Positions 12,629-22,204 of a stretch of DNA of 64,000 bases are shown piece by piece. Position 1 is the first letter of the stretch. Each line of letters begins with the position of its first letter. The translations under genes and the position numbers were made by a program. The stretch spans positions 1,178,001 to 1,242,000 of the forward strand of contig CP145420.1 in assembly GCA_036867785.1 (NCBI GenBank). Direction: 5' to 3'. The DNA is from Plasmodiophora brassicae. Taxonomy: Eukaryota. Under the pieces are notes generated by a model. It worked only from the letters and a program-made list of their open reading frames with translations. It had not been told where the DNA came from and made no database searches.

Positions 12629-13395
12629 TTAGCGCGCCTTCAGGTGGCGGATCTCGTCGATCAGCTCGCGCTTCTCCGTGATGCCCTGGATCTTTTCGAC
12701 GCCGTTCTCGCGCAAGATGGCCTTGAGCTCCTGGACGGACATGTGCGACAGGATCTCGACGGGCCAGGTCGACGGGTGCCCCGACGGCCGCGATGGTTCG
12801 TGCGCCACGCCGACCACCTGCCGCAGGGACGTCTCCAGGCCGGGCTTGCGCGGCTTGCCGAACCAGTCGATCGTGCGTCCGTCCTTCTGGATGACCAGGG
12901 CCAGCGGCGTCTTCCAGGACACTTCGCAGACGTTGCGCAGCCGGTTGCAGAGGTCGCCCGACGGATCCATCAGGAGCTGGAATTTCATCTGCGATTCGTG
13001 TTCGCGCACGAACTGGCGCAGGGCGTCACAATCAGCCTCCTCCGTGATGCCCAGCAGGACCATCTTCTCCGGGAACTCATCGACCAGGTACGACAGATGG
13101 TCCAACGAGTCAATGCTCTCCTGGCATTGCCTGACGGACGCGCACAACAGGTGAACGGGTCAGAGCAGTGGGCAGAAGTACTCATGCGCAGGAGCGACGC
13201 CTACGTGCTGAGGATGACGAGGACGATGACGTCGGAATGGCGGTCGCACAAACCCTGCCAGTCGAAGTCGGCGTCCTGCAGGGTGCGCAGCTTCGGATGC
13301 AGGTCGTGGGGAAGCTGCTTGAGCTGCATGTGCCCCTCTTTGATCTGGGTCGGATCCACGCGTGCCTCGCCGACATCCTGCACGTTCGTCGACAT
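12629..13395 (-). CDS. TlpA/redoxin-like thioredoxin-fold protein with C-terminal SAP-like helical domain
   Basis: Spliced VIVLVILSTQCQESIDSLDHL aligns with the FWATWCxxC region. PLALVIQKDG and MSVQELKAIL...GITEKRELI are also present. Confidence 0.6.
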
Positions 13396-13718
13396 GGGTG
13401 ACGTACTGTTCTGTTGCCTCGCTACCGCGTTCGCTGTGCCGCTCGGATGAAAATTGATGAAACGGCCGGCGCGCGGACGGTCCAGGGATTCATCCGCGTT
13501 CTGGTTGCCCAGTCCAGGAACATTCCAAGTCCGGGGGTCGCCCTGGAATAACGCCGTTTGGGCCCCCGATTTCTCACCTGGGACGTGTACTGGTCGCCTG
13601 GTGGCAACCAACTCCCGGGCCGAACCCACGCCCAAGAGTACCTACGCCACTGACGACTGCTTGTACGACGTTGCCTGCCGGACGAGGAGATCGTGACTGC
13701 AGAAAGTCAGGCCGCATG

Positions 13719-15198
13719 TTATTGGTCAGGCAGGCCGGCTACGATGGTTTCGATGGTGACCAGACGCTGGTTGTTGCGCACCGTCGACTGGAATACAATC
13801 TTGCTCCACGAGTGCGCCAGCCTCTGCATCATGGCACACACACACACAGCACGCCCGAGTCAGACCGAGTGCATCGATAGGAAAGTGCACTTAGCAACAA
13901 CAGACCTTGGCGGGCGAGCACGCGCCCGCATATTCGCAATGCAGCAGCGTTGGAGCTGAACACACACAAACACGCGGTCAGGAATCACACAGGGTCACGA
14001 CGCGGCCAGCTAGGTTCACCTTCTGCATTGATGTCGACACCGCCGATGGTGAACCTGTTCGCAGTACGGATCACTGTTCATGCCCCAACCCTCTACAGGA
14101 TGCATGCCACGAACCTGTGCAGTCGGTTTCGCTCGAGAGCGGCACCGTCGCCCAGATCGACGCCGTCGGCCGTCTGCAGGCGACCATCAGCCGTGCAGCG
14201 CAGAACGACGAGGTGCGGTTGCTGGTGGGCGACGTCGCCGGCGTCGAACGAGTCCACCTCGTGCGTGCTGCAGCGGGCGTCCTTCCAGACCAGGGTCAGC
14301 GGCGTGTACCCGGGTTCGTAGAGCGCGTCGACGTGGTGGAACCTGCGCAGACCGGGACCGTCGTCAGGCCGACCTGTACGCAGGGGACGCGGGCGCACGC
14401 CGCTCACGAACAGTAGGCCATCTTGAACAGGGGCGTCCTGGAGCAGGCCCGCCCCATGATACGCCTGCCAGACGGCCTGCCTCGTGCACGGCGCCGATGG
14501 CAGGACGCAGACGGCGTAGGCGTGGGCGGGCGACGACGCCGACGACATGTGCATCTCGTCGGCCTTGGTGACCATCCAGTAGTGCCTGAACTGTCGCGTG
14601 GCATTCACCAGGTCGTATCCCTTCCAGGCGAGCAGGTCGACGATGTACAGGCGCGCGCCCTGCAGGATGCAGTCGAGGATCGTCAGCTGGTCGACCGAGG
14701 CCGTCGCAGGGGACCCGCCCGGGGCCGCACACGTGAACGCCTGCCCGCCGAACAGCGGGCGCCCGTCCGGGGCCAGCGCCTGCGACCTGCCGCCCCGACA
14801 CCGCACTAGCACAGGCGTCGTCGCGTCACTCGCCAGGGCCATACCAACACGGACGCGGCCCACCGACCTAGGCACCGCTGCCCTTCCGGTCGGGGCGCGA
14901 CGCTCCACGACGGGTGCAGGTCGCCGGGCACCGACACCATCCACTCGGGATGTTCGACAATGTGCGGCACCGCCTGGCGACCACGGGCGGCGGGCGGCGG
15001 CGGCGGCGCGTGCACCTGCACAGGTTCGGGCGGGGCCTGCCCCGCAGCCGCATGGTCGAGCGCCGCCTGCCGCACCTGGCGACGGGCGCCGGCCTGCCGG
15101 TCCAGAGCCGCCTGCCGCCGGCGCGCATGGCTCCGCTCCGACAGGAACGCGCGATCGCGCGCCTTCAGCGATCGGTGCGGGGCAGGTTGCACCTCCAT
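13719..15198 (-). CDS. SNUPN: Snurportin-1
   Basis: Arg-rich IBB-like N-terminus, PEWMVSVPGDL..W...RPEGQRCL, TILDCI, DLLAWKG...FRHYW, DGLLF and YEPGYTPL. Last exon reads AHSWSKIVFQ...LPDQ*. Confidence 0.88.
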
Positions 15199-15768
15199 GG
15201 CTGCGAGCGCCGCCCCAGGACGGGACGCCGGTCACGGACTGTCGCGCGCGCGGGCGCACCCATGTTCGTACGCGCGCCCGGCACCAGGCGCGACACCCTG
15301 CACACGCCCACTCGCATGCGTGCACGGGCAACAGGCCCCTCTCTCTCTCCCCCCAGGGAGCGTACCCATTTGCGCGCCCTGGGTCGGTACGCGGGTACGT
15401 ACAGCCAGGGACGGATGCTGGCAGGGAGCAGGACGTTCGGGAACCCGGCGTGCGGATCTGGCTGGGCCCACGTTACGGCCGCTGTTGCCCGCCCGTGTGA
15501 CCGTCTGCAGCAGCAGAGCCGGGCGTCTGCGTGTTACGTGAGGGACCGGACGCCCTATACTACTGGCGTATCCCGCCGGATACGACCCGAACAGAACCGC
15601 GAGTTCCTCCGACTGCGAGTCCGCGCCCAACCCTTCCAGAAATTCAGGGGGCCTGCCGCTGCAGGGCACACGCAGGCACACACACACACAAACACAGAGA
15701 ACGCGGGCGCACGCGTCTCGCCTCGCCTGCCTGCACAAGGTAGAGGTTGCGTACGACGCGTCCACCCC

Positions 15769-16790
15769 ATGTCGTCGACCGTGAAGCACCGCCTGCGTCG
15801 CCTGATGCGGACGGCGAAGCACGCGGTCAAGGATTACAGCGCGGCCGAACGCAACGTGCTGCAGGCGACGTCGAACGACCCGTGGCCGGCGCCCTCGTCG
15901 CTGCTGGCCGTCGTCTGCCTGTCGCTGGACGACCCGGGCGTCTACGACCCCGTCCTGATGATCGTCCTGCGTCGCCTGCAGGATCGCCGCCAGATGACGC
16001 ACATCAAGAAGTCGCTCATTGTCGTCGAGTACTGCCTGCGGCACTGCCGGTCGGCGCGCTTCATCCAGGACATGCGCGTCCGCCTGCACGTCTTCCGCTC
16101 GTTGACCGCCTACCGGTACCTGCTGCACGGCCAGGACAAGGGCAACGAGGTGCGTCAGGCCGCCGACGCCATCATCGACCTGCTCAACGACGACCTGCGC
16201 CTGCAGACCGAGCGCGCCGTCGCACAGAGGTACGCCCTGCTTAGAGCAGGCGCGTCGCGCGCGCGCGCGCGTACCTGTACATGTCTAACACGGGGTACAG
16301 GACCCGCGTGCGCATCCAGGGATACGGTCCCGGATGCCTGCCCTACACGGACGCAGACGCCATGATCCGCTCCCACCCGGCACATATCGCATTCGCGCCA
16401 TCGTCGCCGTCCACTGCACCTTCGTCGTCACCGTCCGGCCAGTCGTCGTCGTCGTCGTCGTCGTCGTCGGAATCGGCGACAAGCGCATCGGAGGGCGCGG
16501 CGCCTGTCCAGCCGCTGGCCGTGGTCCCCGTCGGTCCCCCGGCAGCGAAACGCGGTCGTGGGCGTCGCACGCAGGCCCGGTCCGCAGGCCCGGTCGTGCC
16601 CGTGACGGCTCCCGAACGGCACGCCCAGCCGGACGCCAACGCCTGGCTGCTGGACTACGTGCCGGCGGCACCGAAACAGCAGGCGCCCGACCCGCTGCCC
16701 TGGTTCGCCGCCGACGAGAACGCCCATGCGTCCAGGCAGAACGTCGCCAGCCAGGCGCAGGCGACGAACGCCAGCCCGTTCCTGTTCTAA
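15769..16790 (+). CDS. ENTH-domain (epsin-like) protein
   Basis: YSAAERNVLQATSNDPW, IKKSLIVVEYCL and DKGNEVRQAA, followed by a Ser/Pro-rich tail. One intron at about 16230-16300. Confidence 0.85.
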
Positions 16791-17051
16791 CCCGCGCCTC
16801 CTGTACACCTGCAACCACTACGTAGCGACTATTTTCAGGCAGGGCAGGCAGCTCCCAGGGGCCGCACTGCATTGCTGTGCGAAGCTGTAATAATAAATAA
16901 TACAGGCAGGGTGGCGGAGGATGCGCGACTGCCGTGTCCCGCAATGTACGAAGGTGCAGACAGCACACTGCGCCGACCCGACCGTCGACACTCGTCAGGC
17001 AGACACGGGCGCAGTCAGTGCGCCGCCTCCTGTCCCGCAGTTGCCCACGCA

Positions 17052-18005
17052 ATGGACAGCGAGCCTTGTTCCGCCCATGGCATCATCGTGTCCGGGCGCG
17101 ACGAGGTCCACGCCTACCGACGATCAGCGGCCGGTCGGGCGGTGGGGGCGGCGGTGCGGGACGCGGCGACCCTGTGGCGGCACACGCGCCACCTGCTGGA
17201 CTGCTGCATGGGGGACGCGGGCGTCCCGCTACCGCACCGGTACCGGTACGTGGCCGACCGGCTGCGTGCGATCCGCTCCGACATGACGCGGGCCGACGAC
17301 GACCTGCGCCCTGTGGCGCCCGCCATTCTCCAGGCCATGATCCGATTCCGTCAGTAGGGCGTACCCGCGCCGAGCATCGCATCCGGCCAGCGGCACCAGG
17401 AAGGCCTGACTGAGCAACGTGCTGTGCGCCAGACGTATGCACCCGCGACGTCCTGCACGACCGTATCGACCATGTCCTGAACGACGCCATGCTGGCCGAC
17501 TGTATGGATCGCGTCGACCTGCTGGGCGGGGCGGACGCGGCCGGCGCCCGGCACAAGTGGCTGTACCTGCTGGGGACGGGCGCACGCCCCGGTGCCTGCC
17601 TCCTGCAGCGTACGTCGCCGACCGACGGCGACCTGCGTCAGGTACGCGCCACCCGCCACGTCCTCGCCGGCCGTCTGTGCCCCTGCGACGACGACTGACC
17701 GGCCGTGCCTGCAGGTGGCCGTCGCCGTGCACACGCACGACTACGTGCGCTTCTTCGACCTGGTCCGCCCCTGGCCGTACACCGACCTGGCCCTGCTGCT
17801 GCCGTTGCTGCGGCGCCTGCGGGCCGATGCCCGGCGTCGTATCGGGCGCGCGTACCGCCCGGCGGCCCCGGCCGCCCTCCTGGCCGCCTACGCCGGTGAC
17901 GACGGCCGCGACCCGCTCCTCGTCGGACACCTGCCGTCGCCCCGTGACGACGACGGCGCCCAGCTGCACGACTACCTCGTGGGCGACAACGGCGACGCCT
18001 ATTAG
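17052..18005 (+). CDS. Short SAC3/GANP-domain protein (SAC3D1-like)
   Basis: AYRRSAAG...VRDAATL...YRYVADRLRAIRSDMT and DYVRFFDL. Two introns. Confidence 0.7.
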
Positions 18006-18148
18006 TCCCGGCGCGCCCGTCCAGCTCCTCAGTCCGCCCTGCAAACGTGTCGACATCGTCGTCATGATGGTCAGGCGCGATGTATTGCAATAGGGTCCGG
18101 ATTCCGGCACACACGACGACGATGACGACGAGGGGAGGGCGCCGGCGA

Positions 18149-20173
18149 CTAGAAGACGTACTGGTCGACGCGCACGCTGAAGGGCGGCGTCTTGACCTGC
18201 TTGCCGGTGCGCTGGTTCCAGACCTGGAAGGCCAGCGCCTCGTGCAGCTGGTGCAGGGGCATGTCGCCCAGGGCGACCTTGTAGCCGTGCGAGATGTCGC
18301 ACGGGCGATCGCGCTGGAACTCGACCTGCGACAGGTGGCCGCGACCCTCCATGAAGATCTGCCCGATGACGACCGGCTCCGCCTGCTGCTGGTCGTAGGC
18401 GTCGGCGTCGGCGGCACCGGCACCGGCACCGGGCGGCACGGCGACAACGTCGACCCGCATGGGCGAATCCGTGCAGGGCACGTCGCAGAGCGACAGGATC
18501 ATGTGCTGGCGGATGGGTTCGGGGTAGAGTTCGACGCGGCAGGCGTCGCGCTGCTCGTCGTCGTCGGCCGCCGGTGGCATGGTCGGGGCGGGCGTCGGCG
18601 CCGGCGTCGACGCACCGTTCATCGTGAACTGCTGGATGCCCTTGCCGACCGACAGCGACGACTTGCGCCCGGGCAGCGCCGACGTGCTGGACAGGACGCG
18701 GGGCGGCGTCGACGCGTTGTGCCAGCCGTACGTGGTGCCCAGCGAGAATTGCACGGAGGCGACGGCCATGCCCGGGGCGCCCGGCCGCCCGGGCTTCACG
18801 TCCGACCACGACGTGACGTTGTGCCCGATCCCCATCAGCTTCTTGCCGTCGGTGCCGCCCAGGTCGCCGGTCGTCAGCGTGACGCCGGGGGCGGTGGCAC
18901 CGGCGCCGGCCCGCCCGCCCCGGCGCGCCGTCTGCGTCGCGGTCGGCCCAGGCAGGCCGTTGCCCTCGATCGTGCCGTCCAGGTCCTGTGTGTTGCCCGT
19001 GACGGGGACGGCGACGCCGTTCCACCCGTTCAGGGCGCCGGCCTTGCCGGGGACGCCGGCGCCCCAGCCGTCGCCGGGCGTCAGGCCCGTGTCGGCCGAC
19101 AGGACCGCCCCGGGCACGTCGTCCGTGTGCGCGTCCTGCACGCTGCTGAACGTCATGCCGACGCCGGCCAGCGCCGGCACCGACCCGTTCCCGCCCGTGT
19201 TCGCCCCCGCCAGCGTCTGGTGCGTGCGCGCCGTCATGTCCCCCTCGGTGAACGAGTCGCCGACGCGCGCCAGCCCGTGCGACATCTTCAGGCCGACGGC
19301 GCCGTGCGCCCCGGTCGTCACGTTGATCGGCGCGTTCTCGACGTGGCCGTCGACGGGCGTGCCGGCGCCGGTGGGCGTTGGCGCACCGGTGCCGGTGCCG
19401 GTGCCGGTACCGGGCGGGCGCAGGTGCGCGCCGGCGTCCTGCTCCGGGTCCCAGCGGGTCGTGTCGGCGCAGGCCTGACGTCCCGAGAAGGGCCCGCGCA
19501 TGCTGGTCAGCTGGCGGGTGGCCTCGGGCGGCAGGCGCGTGCTGGCGTCCGGGTTGTGCAGCGACCAGCGCCACCAGATGCGGTCGACGTTGGCGACGAC
19601 GGCCCAGTAGAGCGGGTCGAGCGGCGCCGTGTCCATCTGGGCGCACCCGCCGCCCACCGCGGCCAGCGCCGACTCGAACAGGTTCTCCAGCAGGATGGCC
19701 AGCAGGCCAAAGTCGAGCTGGGCGAACGCCATGCACTCGAGGTCGGCCAGCGCCTCGGTCGGGAACGGGGCGTACGGGCGCCGGTCGGCGACGTGCAGCG
19801 GGTTCGCCTCGAGCAGGCCGGCGCCGTCCTGTCCAGGGCACTGCGCGTCCAGGAACGCGGACGGGACGGCCGTCGTCGCAAAGTCCCAGTAGTGGACGGG
19901 CGCCTGCAGGGCGTCCTCCAGGCGGTGCAGGGCCTGGCGGTGCCACGGCAGGAACGCCGGCGACCCGTGCGCCGCCGTCGGGTCGCTGCCGATCTCGCGC
20001 AGCGCCCCGCTCTTCAGCACCGACGTGAAGTTGGCGCGGTACGCGGCCAGGGCCGACGCCGACAGCGACGTCACCGACTGGCGCCGCCCGGCGAACGACG
20101 CGTCAGCAGGGGCGGCGCCCAGCAGCAGCAGCAGCAGGGCGCCCAGCACAGCAACGACGGATGGGCGTTGCAT
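18149..20173 (-). CDS. Secreted tyrosinase-fold protein with degenerate copper sites
   Basis: Signal peptide, AHGSPAFLPWHR..L..LE, HYWDF and APLDPLYW...ANVDRIW in an intronless 674-aa ORF. Confidence 0.8.
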   Translation of the reverse strand: MQRPSVVAVLGALLLLLLGAAPADASFAGRRQSVTSLSASALAAYRANFTSVLKSGALREIGSDPTAAHGSPAFLPWHRQALHRLEDALQAPVHYWDFATTAVPSAFLDAQCPGQDGAGLLEANPLHVADRRPYAPFPTEALADLECMAFAQLDFGLLAILLENLFESALAAVGGGCAQMDTAPLDPLYWAVVANVDRIWWRWSLHNPDASTRLPPEATRQLTSMRGPFSGRQACADTTRWDPEQDAGAHLRPPGTGTGTGTGAPTPTGAGTPVDGHVENAPINVTTGAHGAVGLKMSHGLARVGDSFTEGDMTARTHQTLAGANTGGNGSVPALAGVGMTFSSVQDAHTDDVPGAVLSADTGLTPGDGWGAGVPGKAGALNGWNGVAVPVTGNTQDLDGTIEGNGLPGPTATQTARRGGRAGAGATAPGVTLTTGDLGGTDGKKLMGIGHNVTSWSDVKPGRPGAPGMAVASVQFSLGTTYGWHNASTPPRVLSSTSALPGRKSSLSVGKGIQQFTMNGASTPAPTPAPTMPPAADDDEQRDACRVELYPEPIRQHMILSLCDVPCTDSPMRVDVVAVPPGAGAGAADADAYDQQQAEPVVIGQIFMEGRGHLSQVEFQRDRPCDISHGYKVALGDMPLHQLHEALAFQVWNQRTGKQVKTPPFSVRVDQYVF

Positions 20174-20399
20174 GTGAGCGTGTGTGTCTGTCGATGTGTT
20201 GGATGGTGTGGTGCGGCGACCCAGTCGACGACGAACCGGGTGCGCGTGATTTTCGTTCTGGGATCGGCGGCGACCTGCGCGGCCGGATGCCCCTGGCCCA
20301 CACCGGGCCGTGACGTCACGGGCGAGGAATCACGGTGCCGGCCAGTGATGTCACGCCCCGCCCTCGGGTGTTGGCCGCATGTCGTGCGTCTGCGGCGGA

Positions 20400-21660
20400 A
20401 CACCTGCCATCGTTATCCGGGTGTACCCACTACAGGCTGAAGTGCGATCATCTCCTGGCCATGTTCTTGTCAAGCCACGTGGACAAGAAGAGCGGTACGC
20501 ATGCGGAAGCAAGCGCGTCAGCTGGCCAAAGCGTTGCAGGTTCTGTCATCATTTTAGAAACACAGTACCGGGTGTGTTACTTCCACCTGCTGACGGACGT
20601 CGTACCGGCTTCCAATGTGAACGCGTACGAAGACCTATTGTAATCTCTCTACCGTATAGGTTTGGAGAAAACGCACCGGAGATATCGCAAGTTCTGCAGG
20701 ATATCTACGACATGCATTTCACGTTTGTCCTGCTCGTCTTCGTTAAGAAGATCGCCCGAGCCACGAACGTATGGCGCACGTGAGGCGACGCCGGCGATCG
20801 GTTTGCCACCTACTTCCTGAGCTCTTCGTGCCCGGAAATCGCACACAGGCAGCGTATTCTGACGATGGTCCGTGTGGCATACGGGCGTCGGTGTATGCTC
20901 AACAAACAAGGGCGTTGAGCAATTCAACGGCGAGTTTGGAAAGGTAATGGCTGGCCCTCTTGTAAGCAAATACAATAACTGATGTGAATTATGCAGGATG
21001 CGACGGAAAGGAAGCGCCTATGCATATTCCCATGTGGATCCTGGCGGCCGCGAATCTGATTCATCGCAATTGCCTGTACAATTTGCTGCAGAGTTCGCCC
21101 CGACCAAGGCGATGCTCAGTCATTGGGCATCCCTTGACCGCGCCGGCGTGTTCGACATCCGCCGCGGGCGTCCCGACGGTGAACAGTGAGCTTATGTCGT
21201 AATGATATGGTAGGACTTCAATGAACGCGACATGGCGGACTGTTCAGAATATGCACGTTGGAGGTAGATAGTCCTACGCGGGACCATGAAGCATTACGAG
21301 CATTTCGAACGTGTCGTTATGCCGGTCGAAGGTTGGCAAACCCTAAGCCAACCTTCGTCTGGCATAACGACACGTTCGAAATTAAATGCTCGTAATGCTT
21401 CATGGCCCCGCGTAGGACTAAGCTCTCGGTCCAGCTGAAGGGCAAGGACAACTTCCTGGTTTGGGCGTCGTCATGCCAACGACCTGCACGACGCGGCAGC
21501 GGTTGAGCGCCGGCCGGGGTGCGCGATTGACAAACCGCCCGACAGGAGCGACCTGACCACGGATCGGTAGGTTGGGCTTCTTTAGGGCCGCAATGATATG
21601 TACACAACATCCGAACTTATCAGCCAACGCACAGGGGCACCTGCGCGTTGGCTCATAGGG
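20400..21660. mobile_element. Degenerate Mutator-like (MULE) transposase, with the SWIM part inverted
   Basis: Plus strand: RVCYFHLLTDV, QDIYDMHF, GVCSTNKGVEQFN and MPVEGW, with stops. Minus strand 21430-21660: CPCALADKFGCCVH (SWIM CxC..CxH). Confidence 0.65.
21269..21420. repeat. Fold-back inverted repeat, ~69-bp arms, 9-nt loop
   Basis: TAGTCCTACGCGGG...GAAGGTTGGC [AAACCCTAA] GCCAACCTTC...CCCGCGTAGGACTA, with 3 substitutions and one 5-nt bulge. Confidence 0.95.
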
Positions 21661-21840
21661 GGCGCGATATTAACTGACTGCCCGACAGGAGCTACTTGGC
21701 CGGGTATCGGAAGGTTGTGCAACTAGGGACCATCGGCAAACTGCTGGCGACCTACACGACGCTGACGGTTGAGTTGGAGCCGCAACGCTCCGCGCGCGGG
21801 TGCGGAGTGTGAAGTCTACGCACTTTGCCACATAGGCTAA

Positions 21841-22017
21841 GGTGGGATGCGCCAGTCTCTGGGTAGGGCGTACCAGTTTCTGGGTCGATAGCACCAGTAC
21901 TGGCTGGGTGGAATAGCACCAGTCTCTGGGTGGAGTGCACCAGTCTCTGGGTGGGGTGCACCAGTCTCTGGGTGAAGTACCCCAGGTTTTGGGTGGAGTG
22001 CACCAGCTTCTGGGTGC
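21841..22017. repeat. ~21-bp minisatellite, about 8 degenerate copies
   Basis: Unit approximates GTGCACCAGTCTCTGGGTGGA. Confidence 0.85.
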
Positions 22018-22204
22018 TGAATCCCAATTGGGCACCGCGCGACCTGTTTGGGTGAAAAGTCTGGATGTTGCATCCCAGGCTCTAGGTGCGAAGTACCAAA
22101 TATTGGGTACCCCAACCTTTTCGTCGGTTTCGCTATATGGCTGCGCGTTCTGTATTTGAATACATAGCGACGACGACGACGAACGACGGCGACGACGACG
22201 ACAA

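Noticed and set aside
17229-20440. 905-aa and 786-aa ORFs overlapping the tyrosinase-like gene
   Set aside because: These are Arg/Pro/Gly-rich shadow frames caused by high GC3. The same applies to 10371-12242 opposite calnexin and many others.
21338-21346. Telomere-like AAACCCTAA in the hairpin loop
   Set aside because: It is a single unit and is explained as transposase coding sequence (W-Q-T-L) at the breakpoint.
21841-22017. CRISPR-like array
   Set aside because: The units are contiguous and degenerate with no unique spacers and no cas genes, in a eukaryotic context.
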